Assembly: GCA_038087875.1 (NCBI GenBank)
Contig: CM075988.1
Span: 21,454,001 to 21,518,000 of the forward strand
DNA: 64,000 nt
Origin: Malacoraja senta
Taxonomy: Eukaryota
Reading direction: 5' to 3'
This document shows, one piece after another, positions 37,721 through 51,100 of this stretch (positions within the stretch are counted from its first letter, which is position 1; each line of letters begins with the position of its first letter). A program made the translations under genes and the position numbers. Under the pieces are notes generated by a model. That model was not told the DNA's origin. It searched no databases and saw only the letters and a list, made by a program, of their open reading frames with translations.

Positions 37721-38876
37721 TCTGGGTAAAAGACTCTGCATCCGCACTATCTATTTTCCTCCTGATGTTATACACCTCTATAAGTTCACCCCTCATCCTC
37801 CTGCACTTCAAGGAATAAAGTCCTTTCCTGCCTGACCCCGACCGCTCCCTGTAGCTCAGAATCTCAAGTGCAACCAACATCTTCATAAATCTTCTCTGCA
37901 CTCTTTCCAGCTCAACAACATCCTTCCTATAGCACGGTGAACAAAACTGGATGCAATACTCCAATGTCTTGCACAACTGTAACATAACATCTCAACTATT
38001 CTCTTGGAGATATACTGTGGAAAAAGGCCCTTCTTCAGCCCACCAAGTCTGTGTCGACACAACGATCACCTGTACACCAGTTACATAGAAACATAGAAAA
38101 TAGGTGCAGGAGGAGGTCATTCGGCCCTTCGAGCCAGCACCGCCATTCATTGCGATCATGGCTGATCATCCCCAATCAGTACCCCGTTCCTGCCTTCTCC
38201 CCATATCCCCTGACTCCGCTATTTTTAAGAGCCCTATCTAGCTCTCTCTTGAAAGCATCCAGAGAACCTGCCTCCACCGCCCTCTGAGGCAGAGAATTCC
38301 ACAGACTCACCACTCTCTGTGAGAAAAAGTGTTTCCTCGTCTCCGTTCTAAATGGCTTACTCCTTATTCTTAAACTGTGGCCCCTGGTTCTGGACTTCCC
38401 CAACATCGGGAACATGTTTCCTGCCTCTAGCGAGTCCAAACCCTTAACAATCTGGTATGGCGTGCACAGCCTAATGTTGCAAGACCACTTGTTCTGTTTG
38501 ATCTTGCGTTTGTGCACGCCGGGTTGATTGCATTTGTCGAAGCAGAGCGGACCACGTGAAGGTTGCAATCTCCCACCCCCGTTACTGGTCTGGGCATTGC
38601 TTTCAGCAAAACCAAACCAGGCATTGCATTTACGGTGGAGACACAAGGAACTGCAGATGCTGGAATCCTGAGCAAAACACAAAGTGCTGGAGGAACTCAG
38701 TGGGTCAGGCAGCATCTGTGGAGGGAATGGACACATCAGTCTGAAGAAGGGTCGCCTGCCAATTCGCTCCACGGATGCTGCCTGACCCACTTGGTTCCTC
38801 CGGGAATTTTTGTCTTTTGCTTGGCATTGTTTAGTTAATGCATTTCTCTGAAAGATTTGCCAATTGTCAGAACTTA

Positions 38877-39422
38877 AGGGCCTGTCCCACCAGCATGCGA
38901 TTGCGTGTGTCAAGCACGACCAAACGTGGTGGCTTGAGGCGTACGGCCTCGCGGGGCCGGTCCGACTTCAAACCGCGGAGCCGTATGGAGTTGTGCGGGG
39001 CTAGTCCCGACATCATACTCACCAATCAGCTGGGCAGGAGGCGGGCCGACTGAATTTGGACGTCGCACGGCGTCGGGCAGTTACGTCATCACGCAACGGC
39101 ATGCCGGGAGGTGACGTCAACACGCAACGCCACGCGCTAGGCGTGCGCCATCAAGACGCTGCGTTCAGCGTCAAGATGCTGTGTACGGCGTTGAGGCAGT
39201 GCGTACGGCCTCAATGCGGCAGCGGGCCGGCAGGCCTTTGCCGCGCAGAATTTCTGAACACTGTCAGTTTTTCAGAGCCCCGCGCGATGTCGGGACCAGC
39301 TCCGCACAACTCCATGCGGCTCCGGCGATCGAAGTGGGACCGGCCCGCGAGGCCGCACGGCTAGCGCGGCCACGTTTGGTCGCGCTAGCCGCATGTAGTC
39401 GCATGCTCGTGGGGCAGGCCCT
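38877..39422. mobile_element. PIF/Harbinger-like MITE, type D, with about 137-bp imperfect inverted ends
   Basis: AGGGCCTGTCCCAC / GTGGGGCAGGCCCT, TTA TSD at 38874-38876 and 39423-39425. Confidence 0.85.
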
Positions 39423-41332
39423 TTATTTTGAAATTATATTACTATACCTTCCAAATTGCGGGAATGCAACAAATCCGGAAACTGTAAGCGAAGGCATTTC
39501 TTGTGAAGTTGCATGTCAAAGTGTATTAAGAAATAGATGTCACCTGTTCTGATGTAGCACGCCTACATGCCTCAATCCTTGCTCACAAGCTCACAGTATG
39601 CCTGAGAAAACTTGATAACAGGCTGGAGAGAAGCAAATGTCAGGGTTTGGAGAAGGTGTTACTGATTCCTTGTCTGACCCACTTATCCTCAGTTGGGCAG
39701 GAGCCCAACATTGATGAATTTGCCTTTCGCGATACATCTCTGAAATGGTGCCAGGTTCTCATGGGTTTACCTTATGCTTCATCTGCCCCTTCCCTCCACA
39801 ACGCTCCTGCCCCCAACCAGAGCCAACAGCTGTAAAAGCCTCGTCTTGAATATCTAAAGATGTTTCAGGAAATGAGAGAGGTGAAGCAAGCTCTCACATC
39901 GGTTTTCAACCACAACATGCTTGGAGGCGCAATTAAACTGAGTCAGGATCCACACGTGAAGGAAATCAAAGAATCAAAAGCTTTATCAGAAATCCCCTGG
40001 TTTACACCAGTGCTAAAGCCCCTTTAGATGATTTTCAGTGCTGCAATGCATTTCCTGATAAGAGTTTGGCTTACTGTCTGCCTTCACTCTGAGCGGCCCA
40101 AAGACCATGTGAGTCCGTTATTCTGAAATAAATCTGCAGTTGTCCAACATTAAGGGTAATACTTAGATTAGGCCTTCTTCCCATTGATGCTGTTCACATT
40201 ACAAGCTTCGAAACTTGAAAGAATATCGAATAACAAGAGGCTGAAGAAGGGTCTCGACCCGAAACGTTACCCATTCCTTCCCTCCAGAGATGCTGCCTGT
40301 CTCATTGGGTTACTCCAGCTTTTTGTGTCAACCTTCGAATAAAAATAATTCTGGAATGGAGTTGGTTGTTGGGGAAACTTTATGAGGAGTGCTCTCCTTC
40401 TCCAGAGTTCACTTGCATTAGACGGTCAAATATGTGAACTAAATAGTGGCAGCACAATAGCCCTGCGGTAGAGTTACTGCTTTACAGCGCCAGAGACCCG
40501 TGCTTGATCCTGACCACGGATGCTGTCTGTATGGAGTTTGTACGTTCTCCCCGTGACCGCGTGGGTTTTCTCCGGGTGCTCAGAGAAAACCCACGCAGGT
40601 CACAGGGAGAACGTACAAACTCCGTACAGACAGCACCCATGGTCAGGATTGAACTCAGGACTCTGGAGCTGTGAGGCAGCAAGTTTGCTGCTGCACCACC
40701 GTATCAACCCTATTGATAAAGGTTTTTGAAAATGTCCCAATTTTTATTCTTGCCATTAATTTTAATTTATTGCTCCCCCTTCTTCGAAACCTAGGTCGAA
40801 GAGAGGAATTCTTCTGAATCCCTCGAGCACGTGTTGGTCAATCTCAGATCCTCCTGGGAGCAAACCTTCTTTCATAGCAATGCTAATCTCTGCATTGATC
40901 ATCAGAGTTTACCACCCTTGGGGCGCGGCACGGTGGTGCAGCGGTAGAGTTGCTGCCTCACAGCGCCAGAGACGCAGACTACCGGTTTAGTTGAGTTTAG
41001 AGATACAGCACGGAAAAAGGTTCTTCCGACCAGCGATCCCCACACAGGTTGATGCTATCCTACTCACACTAGGGACAACTTACACTTATATCGAGCCAAT
41101 TAACCTACAAACCTGGACGTCTTTGGAGTGCGGGAGGAAACCAAAGAAAACGGAGAAAACCCACGAGGTCACGGGGAGAACGGACAAACTCCGTACAGAC
41201 AGCACCCGTAGTCGGGAACGAACCTGGGTCTCCGGCGCTGTAAAGGGGTAACAGAGAAACTCCGCTGTAACAGAGAAACTCCGTACAGATATCAGGGCAG
41301 CACAGTGGCGCAGTGGTTGAGTTGCTGCCTTA

Positions 41333-41763
41333 AGGGGCTGTCCCACTGCGGCAACCTAATCCGTGAGTTCAGAAGAGTTTGCTCTTGACTCATACTCGCA
41401 GCATGGTCGACACGAGGTCCTAGGAGGTCTTTGTAACTCTCCTTCATGCTCGAGAGTGGTCCCCGCGTACTCGAGGCCTCAGCTAGGTCGCGCCGTATTT
41501 TTCAACATGCTGAAAAATACCCGCGAGTAAAAAAAGGTCGCCATGGAAAAAATCGATATATTTTTTACTCCTAGGTTTAGTCGAGGTAGGTCGTAGTAGG
41601 TCGGCATGTTATTCGTAGGTAATCGAGGGTAGTCGAAGGTAATCGAAGGTAGTCGTAGATAGTCTTCAACATAGTCGAAGGAGGTCTTCAACATGACACT
41701 TTTTCAAACTCTCCTAAACTCTTCTAAAGTCGCCAATTAGGTCACCGCAGTGGGACAGCCCCT
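41333..41763. mobile_element. PIF/Harbinger-like MITE, type E
   Basis: AGGGGCTGTCCCACTGCGG / CCGCAGTGGGACAGCCCCT; internal GTAGTCGAAG-like repeats. Confidence 0.85.
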
Positions 41764-42221
41764 TAAGGCAGCAACTCAACCACTGCGCCACTGTGCTGCC
41801 CTAATATCTGTACGGAGTTTCTCTGTTCTCCCCGTGACCGCGTAGGTTTTCCCTGGGTGTTCCGGTCTCCTCCCGCACTCCAAAGACGTGCAGATTTGTC
41901 AGTTAATTGGCTTCAGTAAAATTCTAAATTATCTTTAGCGTGTAGGATAGTGTTAGTGTATGGGGACCGCTGGTGGCTGAAGGGTCTGTTTCCTTGCTGT
42001 ATCTCTAAAGTCTAAAGTTTAAAGTCTCCACACAAGAATACAAGAAAATAGGACCCTCAGTCTGATGAAGGGTCTCGACCCGAAACCTTACCTATTCCTC
42101 TTCTCCAGAGGTGCTGCCTGACCCGCTGAGTTACTCCAGCATTTTTTGTCTATCTTCGAGAAGTGGCACGGTGGCACAGCGGTAGAGTTGCTGCCTTTCA
42201 GCACTGGCAGAGGCAGAGACC

Positions 42222-42421
42222 NNNNNNNNNNNNNNNNNNNNNNNNNNNNNNNNNNNNNNNNNNNNNNNNNNNNNNNNNNNNNNNNNNNNNNNNNNNNNNN
42301 NNNNNNNNNNNNNNNNNNNNNNNNNNNNNNNNNNNNNNNNNNNNNNNNNNNNNNNNNNNNNNNNNNNNNNNNNNNNNNNNNNNNNNNNNNNNNNNNNNNN
42401 NNNNNNNNNNNNNNNNNNNNN
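42222..42421. other. Assembly gap (200 N)
   Basis: Run of N; adjacency across it is not verifiable. Confidence 1.
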
Positions 42422-42532
42422 GCATGCTGGTGGGAACGGCCATGTACGGGGATCACTTGACCTCCGCACGGCCCCCGCTTCCGGTTTGGTTGCGCTCGCC
42501 GCATGCAGTCGCATGCTGGTGGGACAGGCCCT
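42422..42532. mobile_element. Type D MITE right end, truncated by the gap
   Basis: Matches 61211-61321; ends GTGGGACAGGCCCT then TTA. Confidence 0.75.
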
Positions 42533-42868
42533 TTACAGAATAATGAAAGGCATAGATAGAGTGGATGTGAAAAGGATGTTTCCACTGGTGGGAGAGTCTA
42601 GGACCAGAGGTCACAGCCTCAGAATTAAAGGTGAGGAGGAACTTCTTTAGTCAGAGGGTGGTGAATCTGTGGAACTCATTGCCACAGAGGGCTGTGGAGG
42701 CCAAGGCAGTGGATATTTTTAAGACAGAGATAGAATTTTTTTTTATTAGAACGGGTGGCTAGTGTTATGGGGAGAAGGCAGGAGAATGGGATTAGGAGGC
42801 AGAGATCAGCCATGATTGAATGGCGGAGCGGACTTGATGGGCCGAATGGCCTAATTCTACTACTGTAA

Positions 42869-43568
42869 AGGCTCTGTCTCACGGTGTTGCGGTCATCGGC
42901 GGTGAAGCGCGGCTTCGCCTGTAGAGTGGACCGCACGGCAACGGCGGAGAGCGCCGAGCCTATGCCACGGGAGCGCCGCTCGGATGCTGCGCGGGGGCCG
43001 AGTGATTTAAATACGGCTGGTCCCACGAGCTTGCGGCCAGTAAAAAAAAGGGCGGGCCGACTGCGATGACGTCATTTTGGATCTGCGGGGCTGTTGGCGG
43101 CGGCCGTCCTGATCGCGGCGCTGTAGCGGTGGCTGTGCGGCGGCCGTGCCGCACACATGACTCACTAGCGGCGGCTGTGGCGGCGGCTGTGCTGATCGCG
43201 GCGCTGTAGCGGTGGCTGTGCCGGCGGTCGTGCCGCACACGTGCCTCACTGGCGGAGGCTGTGGCGGTGCAAGTTCGACGCACGGCGCTCGAGCCACACT
43301 GGCGGCGTCTGTGGCGGCGGCCGTGCGATTCGCGGCGCTGTAGCGGTGGCTGTGGCGGCGGCCGTGCCGCACTCGTGCCTCACTGGCGGAGGCTGTGCGG
43401 TAGGGACATATTTTTGAACAGTGTTGGTTTTATTTTAGCACCGTGCGGTGTTGGGAACAACGGCCCCGGAATTGTGCGTTTGACCGAGTGCGCGGTCTAT
43501 GGCGGCCCAGGAGCAGTAGATTCTTCCTGTTTCGCCGCCAATGACCGCAGACTCGTGAGACAGGCCTT
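42869..43568. mobile_element. PIF/Harbinger-like MITE, type A, in the tail of a CR1 (42536-42868)
   Basis: Reverse-orientation homologue of 1033-1613 with extra internal repeat units; flanks TAA / TTA. Confidence 0.85.
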
Positions 43569-45949
43569 TTACTTGTGAACTTTTTGAACTTGTCCCCCTT
43601 TCCAAACGTCGCCGATGTGTCTCACGACGGTTGCTGCCTGACCCACAGAGTCTCTCCAGCACTGTGTGTTTTTTATCAACAGAGTAGAACTGACACCCCG
43701 TGAAAGTCTGATGTCTCATCCATCAATAATCTCACAAGCACAATCGATCCCAACACAGTTTGTGCACTCTACCGGTCCTCTCCTCCGTTGCGGGATAACA
43801 CCCTCCATAAATTGAATTTCAGATCTTTTTTTCTGCCAATTGACGACTAAAAAGTCATTACAGCGAGCAGTACAAGAAAGAAAATGTGTGTTTTTTTCTC
43901 CCTGTTTTCTTCAGCTGTTTGACGCATGAAAAATACATGAGGTTCTGCATGGTATTTCTCAGTTGGTAAAAGCCCTGAACGATCCCCCATAATATGATAA
44001 ACAACTAACATGGAAATATTCTCATTAACATGTAATTACGACCCGTGTTTTTTAAAAGCTTTGAGAATTCACCATCCAGCACCCATTGGAGGATAAATAT
44101 TTTCAAAGCACCATATGTTTATGAATACTGTGATTTATTCAGATTAATGAGGCAATTTCCCTTCATAAAGTTAAAGATAGCATTAGATTTGTAAAGTAAC
44201 AATCTGGCCTCCTTCCAAATGTATGGAAATAGCAGCTAAGACAGCTTTATCTGTGGTGCTAATGCACCTCTTTTTACACAAAGGGTGGTGGGTGTATGGA
44301 CCGAGCTGCCAGAAGGGGGTAGTTAAGGCAGGTGCTATCACAATGTTTTAAAAAACATTAGGACAACTAGATGGGTAGGATAGGTTTAGATGGAATGTGT
44401 AGCAAGGAACTGCAGATGCTGGTTTACACCGAAGATAGACACAAAACGCTGGAGTACCTCAACATGACTGGGTCAGTAACATTACTGGAGAGAAAGAATA
44501 GGTGATGTTTCAGGTCGGAACCCTTCTTCAGACTGAAAGGTTCTGACACTAAACATCACCTGTTTAAGAAGGAACTGCAGATGCTGGAAAATTGAAGGTA
44601 GCCTTTCTTCTCCCCCCCCCCCCCCCCACCCCCCACCCCACATCAATCTGAAGAAGGGTTTCGGCCCGAAACGTTGCCTATTTCCTTCGCTCCATAGATG
44701 CTGCTGCACCCGCTGAGTTTCTCCAGCACTTTTGTCTACTTAACGTCACCTATTCTTTCTCTTCAGAGATGCGGCCTGACCTGCTGAGTTAGTCCAGCAT
44801 TTTGTGTCTATCTTAGGTTTAGATGATATGGGTCAAACGCAGGCAGGTGGGACTAGTGTAGATCAGACTTGTTGGTCGATGTGGGCAAGTTGGGCCGAAG
44901 CGCCTGTTTCCATGCTGTACGACGCTATGAGTCCATGACCTCAGCAGGGCTAGTAGTCAGTTTGCAGTCTGTAAAAGACCAAGTCAATGGATATTTATAA
45001 GGCAGAGGTTGATAGGTTCTTTATTAGTACGGGTGTCAGAGGTTATGGGGAGAAGGCAGGAGAATGGGGTTGGGAGGGAGAGATAGATCAGCCATGATTG
45101 AATGACGGAGTAGAATTGATGGGCAGAATGGCCTAATTCAATGACAAACATGAACTTCTGAAGGGTCCTGACCCAAAACATCGCCTGTCCATTCTCTCTC
45201 GCAGAGGCAGCCCGACCCACTGAGTTCTTCCTGCACTTGGTCTCATGTCGGTCGTGCTTGTCGCTGCCGTGACCCTCAACCTATCAATCCACCCGCACCG
45301 TTCATCCACGTTCTTATCCCTGTAAAATGATTCAGCAGTTCCACAGAAAGCTAAATTAACTCACTCAGCCATCTACAGTTAAAGCTGTATAATCCCATTA
45401 TGCTGATTGATGGTGAGTAGATACAGCAGCCTTATTCATGGAAATGCAATATGGATGTGAACATATATTTTGGCGGAGGGGTAATGAGTTGAAAGTACAA
45501 CGTTACAAAATTATGCTTGCCGAATAATCAATTTTGCAAACAGGAGAGGGAAAAGCTGACCCGCTTTTCGTCAGCAGATTTAGGGCTGGCTGCATGAGTG
45601 GCTTTCTGCATGGAGTCAGCATGTCAACACTCCACTGCCATCAGCTCCCTTCGCATGCAAATCACTTTCTGCTGCTGAGACTGATTATTGTGGTGGGCAG
45701 GTTAGCAAAATGCCGGAGTAACTCAGCGGGACAGGCAGGCAGCATCTCTGGATAGAAGGAAAGGGTGACGAAATTAGCTTCTGCAGTTCCTTCCCAGCAA
45801 ATGCAAAGGGCAAGGCCCATGCAAGACAATAGATTGAAGGGAGTTGGTGCAGTCCAAACCCTGAACATGAGGTTCCCTGGAGCTCCCTCTAGTGGGCAGG
45901 TCATTCTAAGACAGGCAGACTGGCCAAGCATGGCCTCCGGCTTTGAACA

Positions 45950-46050
45950 ATATGATACGTTACAATATGTTATGATACAATACGATCCTATATGATACAT
46001 CCTATATGATACAACATGATACGATGCGATACGATACAATACGATAGAAT
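45950..46050. repeat. Degenerate (GATAC)n microsatellite, probably a retroposon tail
   Basis: 5-nt periodicity directly followed by TTTATCCCAGGAGGGAAAT. Confidence 0.6.
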
Positions 46051-46359
46051 TGTATTTATCCCAGGAGGGAAATCGATCAGCCAACAGTCATATAAAAAGA
46101 CAAAATACATCAAACATGAAATCAAGTCAAGTCAAGTTAAGTTTAACTAAGTGTTTAAACGGAACGATTAAACCTGTACTTGCAACTGCGCAACAGGTGG
46201 TGCAGCGGTAGAGTTACTGCCTTACGGCGCCAGAGACCCGGGTTCTCCCCGTGGCCTGCGTGGGTTTTCTCCGGGTGCTCCGGGTTCCTCCCACACTCCA
46301 AAGATGGTTATGTGCCACGTGCAGGTTTGTGGGTTAATTGGCTTCGGTAAAAATAGTAA

Positions 46360-47140
46360 ATTATTATCTCAATGGGGTCAGGTTAGGTAAGGGGGAGGTG
46401 CAGCGAGACCTGGGTGTCCTTGTACACCGGTCACTGAAAGTTGGCGTGCAGGTACAGCAGGCAGTGAAGAAAGCTAATGGAATGTTGGCCTTCATAACAA
46501 GAGGATTTCAGTATAGGAGTAGAGAGGTTCTTCTGCAGTTGTATAGGGCTCTGGTGAGACCACATCTGGAGTATTGTGTACAGTTTTGGTCTCCTAATTT
46601 GAGGAAAAACATCCTTGTGATTGAGGCAGTGCAGTGTAGGTTCACAAGATTGATCCCTGGGATGGCGGGACTGTCATATGAGGAAAGATTGAAAAGACTA
46701 CGCTTGTATTCACTGGAGTTTAGAAGGATGAGGGGGTTCTTATAAAAACATATACAATTATAAAAGGACTGGACAAGCTAGATGCAGGAAAAATGTTCCC
46801 AATGTTGGGCAAGTCCAGAACCAGGGGCCACAGTCTTAGAATAAAGGGGAGGTCATTTAAGACTGAGGTGAGAACAAACTTTTTCAACCAGAGAGTTGTG
46901 AATTTATGGAATTCCATGCCACAGAGGGCAGTGGAGGCCAAATCACTGGATGAATTTAAGAGAGAGTTAGATAGAGCTCTAGGGGCTAGTGGAGTCAAGG
47001 GATATGGGGAGAAGGCAAGCACGGGTTATTGATAGGGGACGATCAGCCATGATCACAATGAATGGCGGTGCTGGCTCGAAGGGCCGAATGGCCTCCTCCT
47101 GCACCTATTTTCTATGTTTCTATGTTTCTATGTTTCTATG
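46360..47140 (+). mobile_element. CR1 fragment with (TTTCTATG)n tail inserted in a SINE (46195-47256)
   Basis: YYLNG...QRDLGVLVH...[15 protein letters not shown]; one frameshift near 46735. Confidence 0.9.
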
Positions 47141-48309
47141 TTATGTAAATTGTCCCCTAGTGTGTGTAGGACAATGCTAGTGCCCGGGGATTGCAGGTCG
47201 GCGCTTATTCGGTGGGCAGAAAGGCTTGTTTCCGCGTTGTATGTTTAAAGTCTAAAGGTCTGTAAAGACTGTACTCAATAGATAACATGATACACAAATT
47301 AAACAAAGTTCAATAAATAATATTAAAAATTAGTGCAAATCAAAACCGAAGCCCAAAGTCCCTCGCGCAACCCCCCAAGATAGTTGGTAGTTTGAAATTG
47401 AGTTGGTATTTGTAGTATCCAATAGCCTGATTATTGCTCTTTACTCCATCAGTCTGAAGAAGGGTTTTGAAATGTCATCTGTCCATTCCCTCCACAGATG
47501 CTGCCTAACCCGCTGAGTTCCTCCAGCACTTTGATTCTTTTTTTGCTCAGGGCTCCAGCATCTGCATTCCCTGGTGTGTCCAACCCCAGAATGTCTCTTT
47601 GGTTGAAACCAGCATGTGCAGTTCTTTCATACCCAGAACTGAGGGCCTGGTGATACACTGCAGCCGGCATTGTGCAACTCACGTTCCCAATAAAGCAGGC
47701 ACAGCATTCAGCGTGTGTCGCATGGAGAGATCACCAGAAGGACAGAAGAAAAGGTCAAAGAAAAATGTCGAAGCCTATATTAAGAAACAAAATGTCCCCA
47801 CCAACACCTCCGAAGCTCAACAAGGAGAAAGAGCATTCACGATGACACTGAGAACAAATCAGTGCCGACCAATTCTTCACCTTTTCATACCTCCAGTTCC
47901 CCTCTCCCCTGACTCTCAGTCTGAAGAAGGGTCTCGACCCATTCCTTCCCTCCAGAGATGCTGCCTGTCCCGCTGAGTTACTCCAGCATTTTGTGTCTAT
48001 CTTTGGTGTAAACCAGCATCTGCAGTTCCTTCCTGCACACACAGGCATTGCATATTGTTCGGTTTGTTCCCGTTGCCTTGGTGACCGTGGAATTAAAAGT
48101 GAGGAAATTCGCAGAGTTGAAGAACAATTCCAACTGGAATACTTCAGGCTTTTATCTCTCCTGAATTTCTTTGCTGTTCGTTCGAACGAAGGTTTTGTAG
48201 ACAAGAGATATGTTTTGGTGTTTCTACCACAACCAGAGAGCAGCCCTGAACTGCTATCTACCTCATCGGTGACCATCGGACTATCGTTGTTCGGAGTTTG
48301 CTGGCCTCA

Positions 48310-48865
48310 TTGGGGACTTCATTGAAACGTACCGAATAGTGAAAGGCTTGGGTAGAGTGGATGTGGAGAGGATGTTTCCACTAGTGGGAGAGTCTAGGAC
48401 TAGAGGCCACAGCCTCAGAATTAAAGGAACTTCCTTTAGGAAGGATTGTTTAAGAAAGAACTGCAGATGCTGGAAAAATCGAAGGTAGACAAAAATGCTG
48501 GAGGAACTCAGCGGCTGAGGCAGCATCAATGGAGCGAAGGAATAGGTGACGTTTCTTCGTCACCTATTCCTATACCCCATAGATGCTGCCTCACCCGCGG
48601 AGTTTCTCCTGCATTTTTGTCCTCTAGGAAGGAGATGAGAAGGAATTTCTTTAGTCAAAGGGTGGTGAATCTGTGGAATTCTTTGCCACAGAAGGCTGTG
48701 GAGGCCAAGTCAGTGGATATTTTTAAAGCAGAGAGAAACATTCTTGATTAGTACGGGTGTCGGGGGTTATGGGGAGAAGGCAGGAGAATGGGGGTTCGGA
48801 GGGAGAGATAGATCAGCCATGATTGAATGGCGGAGTAGACTTGATGGCCTAATTCTGCTCCTATC
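48310..48865 (+). mobile_element. CR1 fragment interrupted by a subfamily 2 Penelope-derived element (48446-48619)
   Basis: Duplication TCCTYTAGGAAGGA at 48432-48445 and 48620-48633. Confidence 0.8.
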
Positions 48866-49676
48866 TCTTTACCTTGCACTAAACGTTATTCCCTTATCAA
48901 GTATCTATATCCTACAAATGGCTAGATTGTAATCATGTGTTGTCTTTCCACTGACTGGGTAGCATGCAACAAAAGCTTTCCACTGTACCTCAGTACACGT
49001 GACAGTGAACTAAATGGTTTCAGGTGGGGAACGGAAAAGTGCGGAGCAAAAGGCTGATTTCACATATATGTTTCCGCAAACTGATTGTTAACAACACTTC
49101 CATCCAAACACTCGAGCAAATTCATTCATTTCTGTAATGATGGATTCGCCACAAACCTTTTACTCAAATTGGATTTACGGAAGAAGGCTTAGTACAATAA
49201 TTCTCGAAAGAAAATCAATAGCATAAAGTGATCCTGGTTGGTATCTGGATGGCAATATGTCAAAGTAGTTTCACCCCTCATAGAAACCGAAGCTGGTAGA
49301 CCGATACGAGGAATGAAATCGCTGCATTTCTTGAAACGCTTTCTATTACCAGCCATCTAATACATGTGACAAAACAATTCCATCTGTTACAAGATAAACA
49401 TCCGCCAGTGTAACCAAAAAGATTAAAATCCATTGACTTCGGTGTTATGGATATCCTTTCTTGGCACCGCTTCAAAAGGAACAATAAACTCACAATAAAA
49501 CCAGCATCTTCCCGGATTAGTTTCCATTCTCAAGAGGAATGTTGGTTCCGTGATTAGAGCACATAATTAGAGTGATCCGTGTATGTATAAAGGCTGGCAC
49601 AAAATGCTGGGGTAACTCGACAGGTCAGGCAGCATCTCTGTGGAGCAAAGGATTAGGTGACGTTTTGGGTCGAGAG

Positions 49677-50078
49677 CAAAGATCCTATAGCGAGCAAGAT
49701 AGTCCACTCGACGAAAAAGACGTAGTACGGTCATGGGCAGATTCATGGGTAATTTAAGGCCCCATTTCCGTAACCGGCTTCCGTCTCCGCACCAAAGATC
49801 CCATAGCGGAGCAAAGATAACTAGTGCGGAGACGGAAGCCGGTTACGGAAACATCCTGGTAAAAATAAAAGTTATTTGGTAAAAATCTTCTCATTTTCAG
49901 AATTGTAATTTATTAACACAAACTGTTTCCCCACAACGTTGATTACACTGCGAGTCGGGTTGGGTCCGGTTACGGAAATGGATGAAAAAAAGGCCCACGT
50001 TCCGCTCCGTTGCGTACTACACGTCAGCCCATTGCATTTAGCAGGAGTGGTCTATCTTACTCCGCTATAGGATCTTTG
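49677..50078. mobile_element. MITE with 8-bp TSD (hAT- or P-like)
   Basis: About 34-bp TIR CAAAGATCCTATAGCG(G)AGYAAGATAGWCCACTC; TSD GTCGAGAG (49669-49676) / GTCGATAG (50079-50086). Confidence 0.75.
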
Positions 50079-50324
50079 GTCGATAGTATACTGACTCTCA
50101 GTCTGAAGAAGGGTCTCGACCCGAACTGTCACCTGTTCCTTTTCTCCACAGATGCTGTGGAACGATCATCAAGCGTTAACCCAATAATTCCTGGGATCAT
50201 TCTCGTAAACCTCCTCTGGACAGGATCTAACAGTCAACATCAAGACCAGGCATGAGCCGCAAGAGATTCCAAATTAGTTCTCTAAAATGAAGCAATGGAA
50301 GAGAGGAATTTAGGAATAAGGGCG

Positions 50325-51100
50325 TAGATTATTTTCTAAATGGGGAGAGAATCCAGAAATCAGAGGTGCAAAGGGATTTAGGATTGCTGGTGCAGGATTC
50401 CCAAAAAGTTAATCTGCAAGTCGAATCAGTCGTAAAGAAAGCAAACACAATGCTGGCATTTATTTTGTGAGGGCTTATATACAAAAACGGTGATGTAATG
50501 TTGAGGCTCTATAAGGCGCAGGTCAGGCCACATTTGGAATATTGTGAGCAGTTTTGGGCACCATATCTGAGGAAGGATGTGCTGGCTCTGGAGAGGGTCC
50601 AGAGGAGGTTTACAAGAATGATCCCAGGAATGAGTAGGTTAACCCATGATGAGCATTTGACGGCACTGGGCCTGTACTCGCTGGAGTTTAAAAGAATGCG
50701 GGGGGGGACCTCATTGAAACATATAGAGTAGTAAAAGGCTTGGATAGAGTGGATGTGGAGATGATGTTTCCACTAGTGGGAGAGTCTTGGACCAGAGGTC
50801 ATAGCCTCAGAATGAAAGGACTGTCTTTTAGGAAGGACATGAGGAGCAATTTCTTTAGTCAGAAGGTGGTGAATCTGTGAAATTCTTTGCCACAGAAGGC
50901 TGTGGAGGTAAAGTCAATGGATATATTCAAGGCAGAGATAAATAGATTCTTGATTAGTACGGGTGTCAGAGGTTATGGGGAGAAGGCAGGAGAATGGGGT
51001 TAGAAGTGAGAGGTAGATCAGCCATGATTGAAAGGCGGGTAGACTTAATGGGCCAAATGGCCAAATTCTGCTCCTATCACTTATGATCTTATAATCTTAT
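50325..51100 (+). mobile_element. CR1-clade LINE fragment
   Basis: [44 protein letters not shown]. Confidence 0.9.

Noticed and set aside
38176..38913. Longest ORF in the window (245 aa)
   Set aside because: Chance fusion of MITE end, Penelope-derived repeat, unique DNA and a CR1 C-terminus
38877..39422. CpG-island promoter (CCAAT and GC-box-like motifs near 39020-39050)
   Set aside because: Bounded exactly by TIRs and a TTA TSD; CpG richness reflects a young MITE and no adjacent exon is evident
40448..40702. SINE-derived hairpin as a third fold-back duplication
   Set aside because: Arms differ at many positions, so more likely two independent inverted SINEs joined by deletion
42088..42585. 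ORFs spanning the N run
   Set aside because: Artefact of translating the assembly gap
47599..47976. Lys-rich peptide MERSPEGQKKRSKKN suggesting a coding exon
   Set aside because: No recognisable homology or convincing splice sites; the frame runs into a repeat
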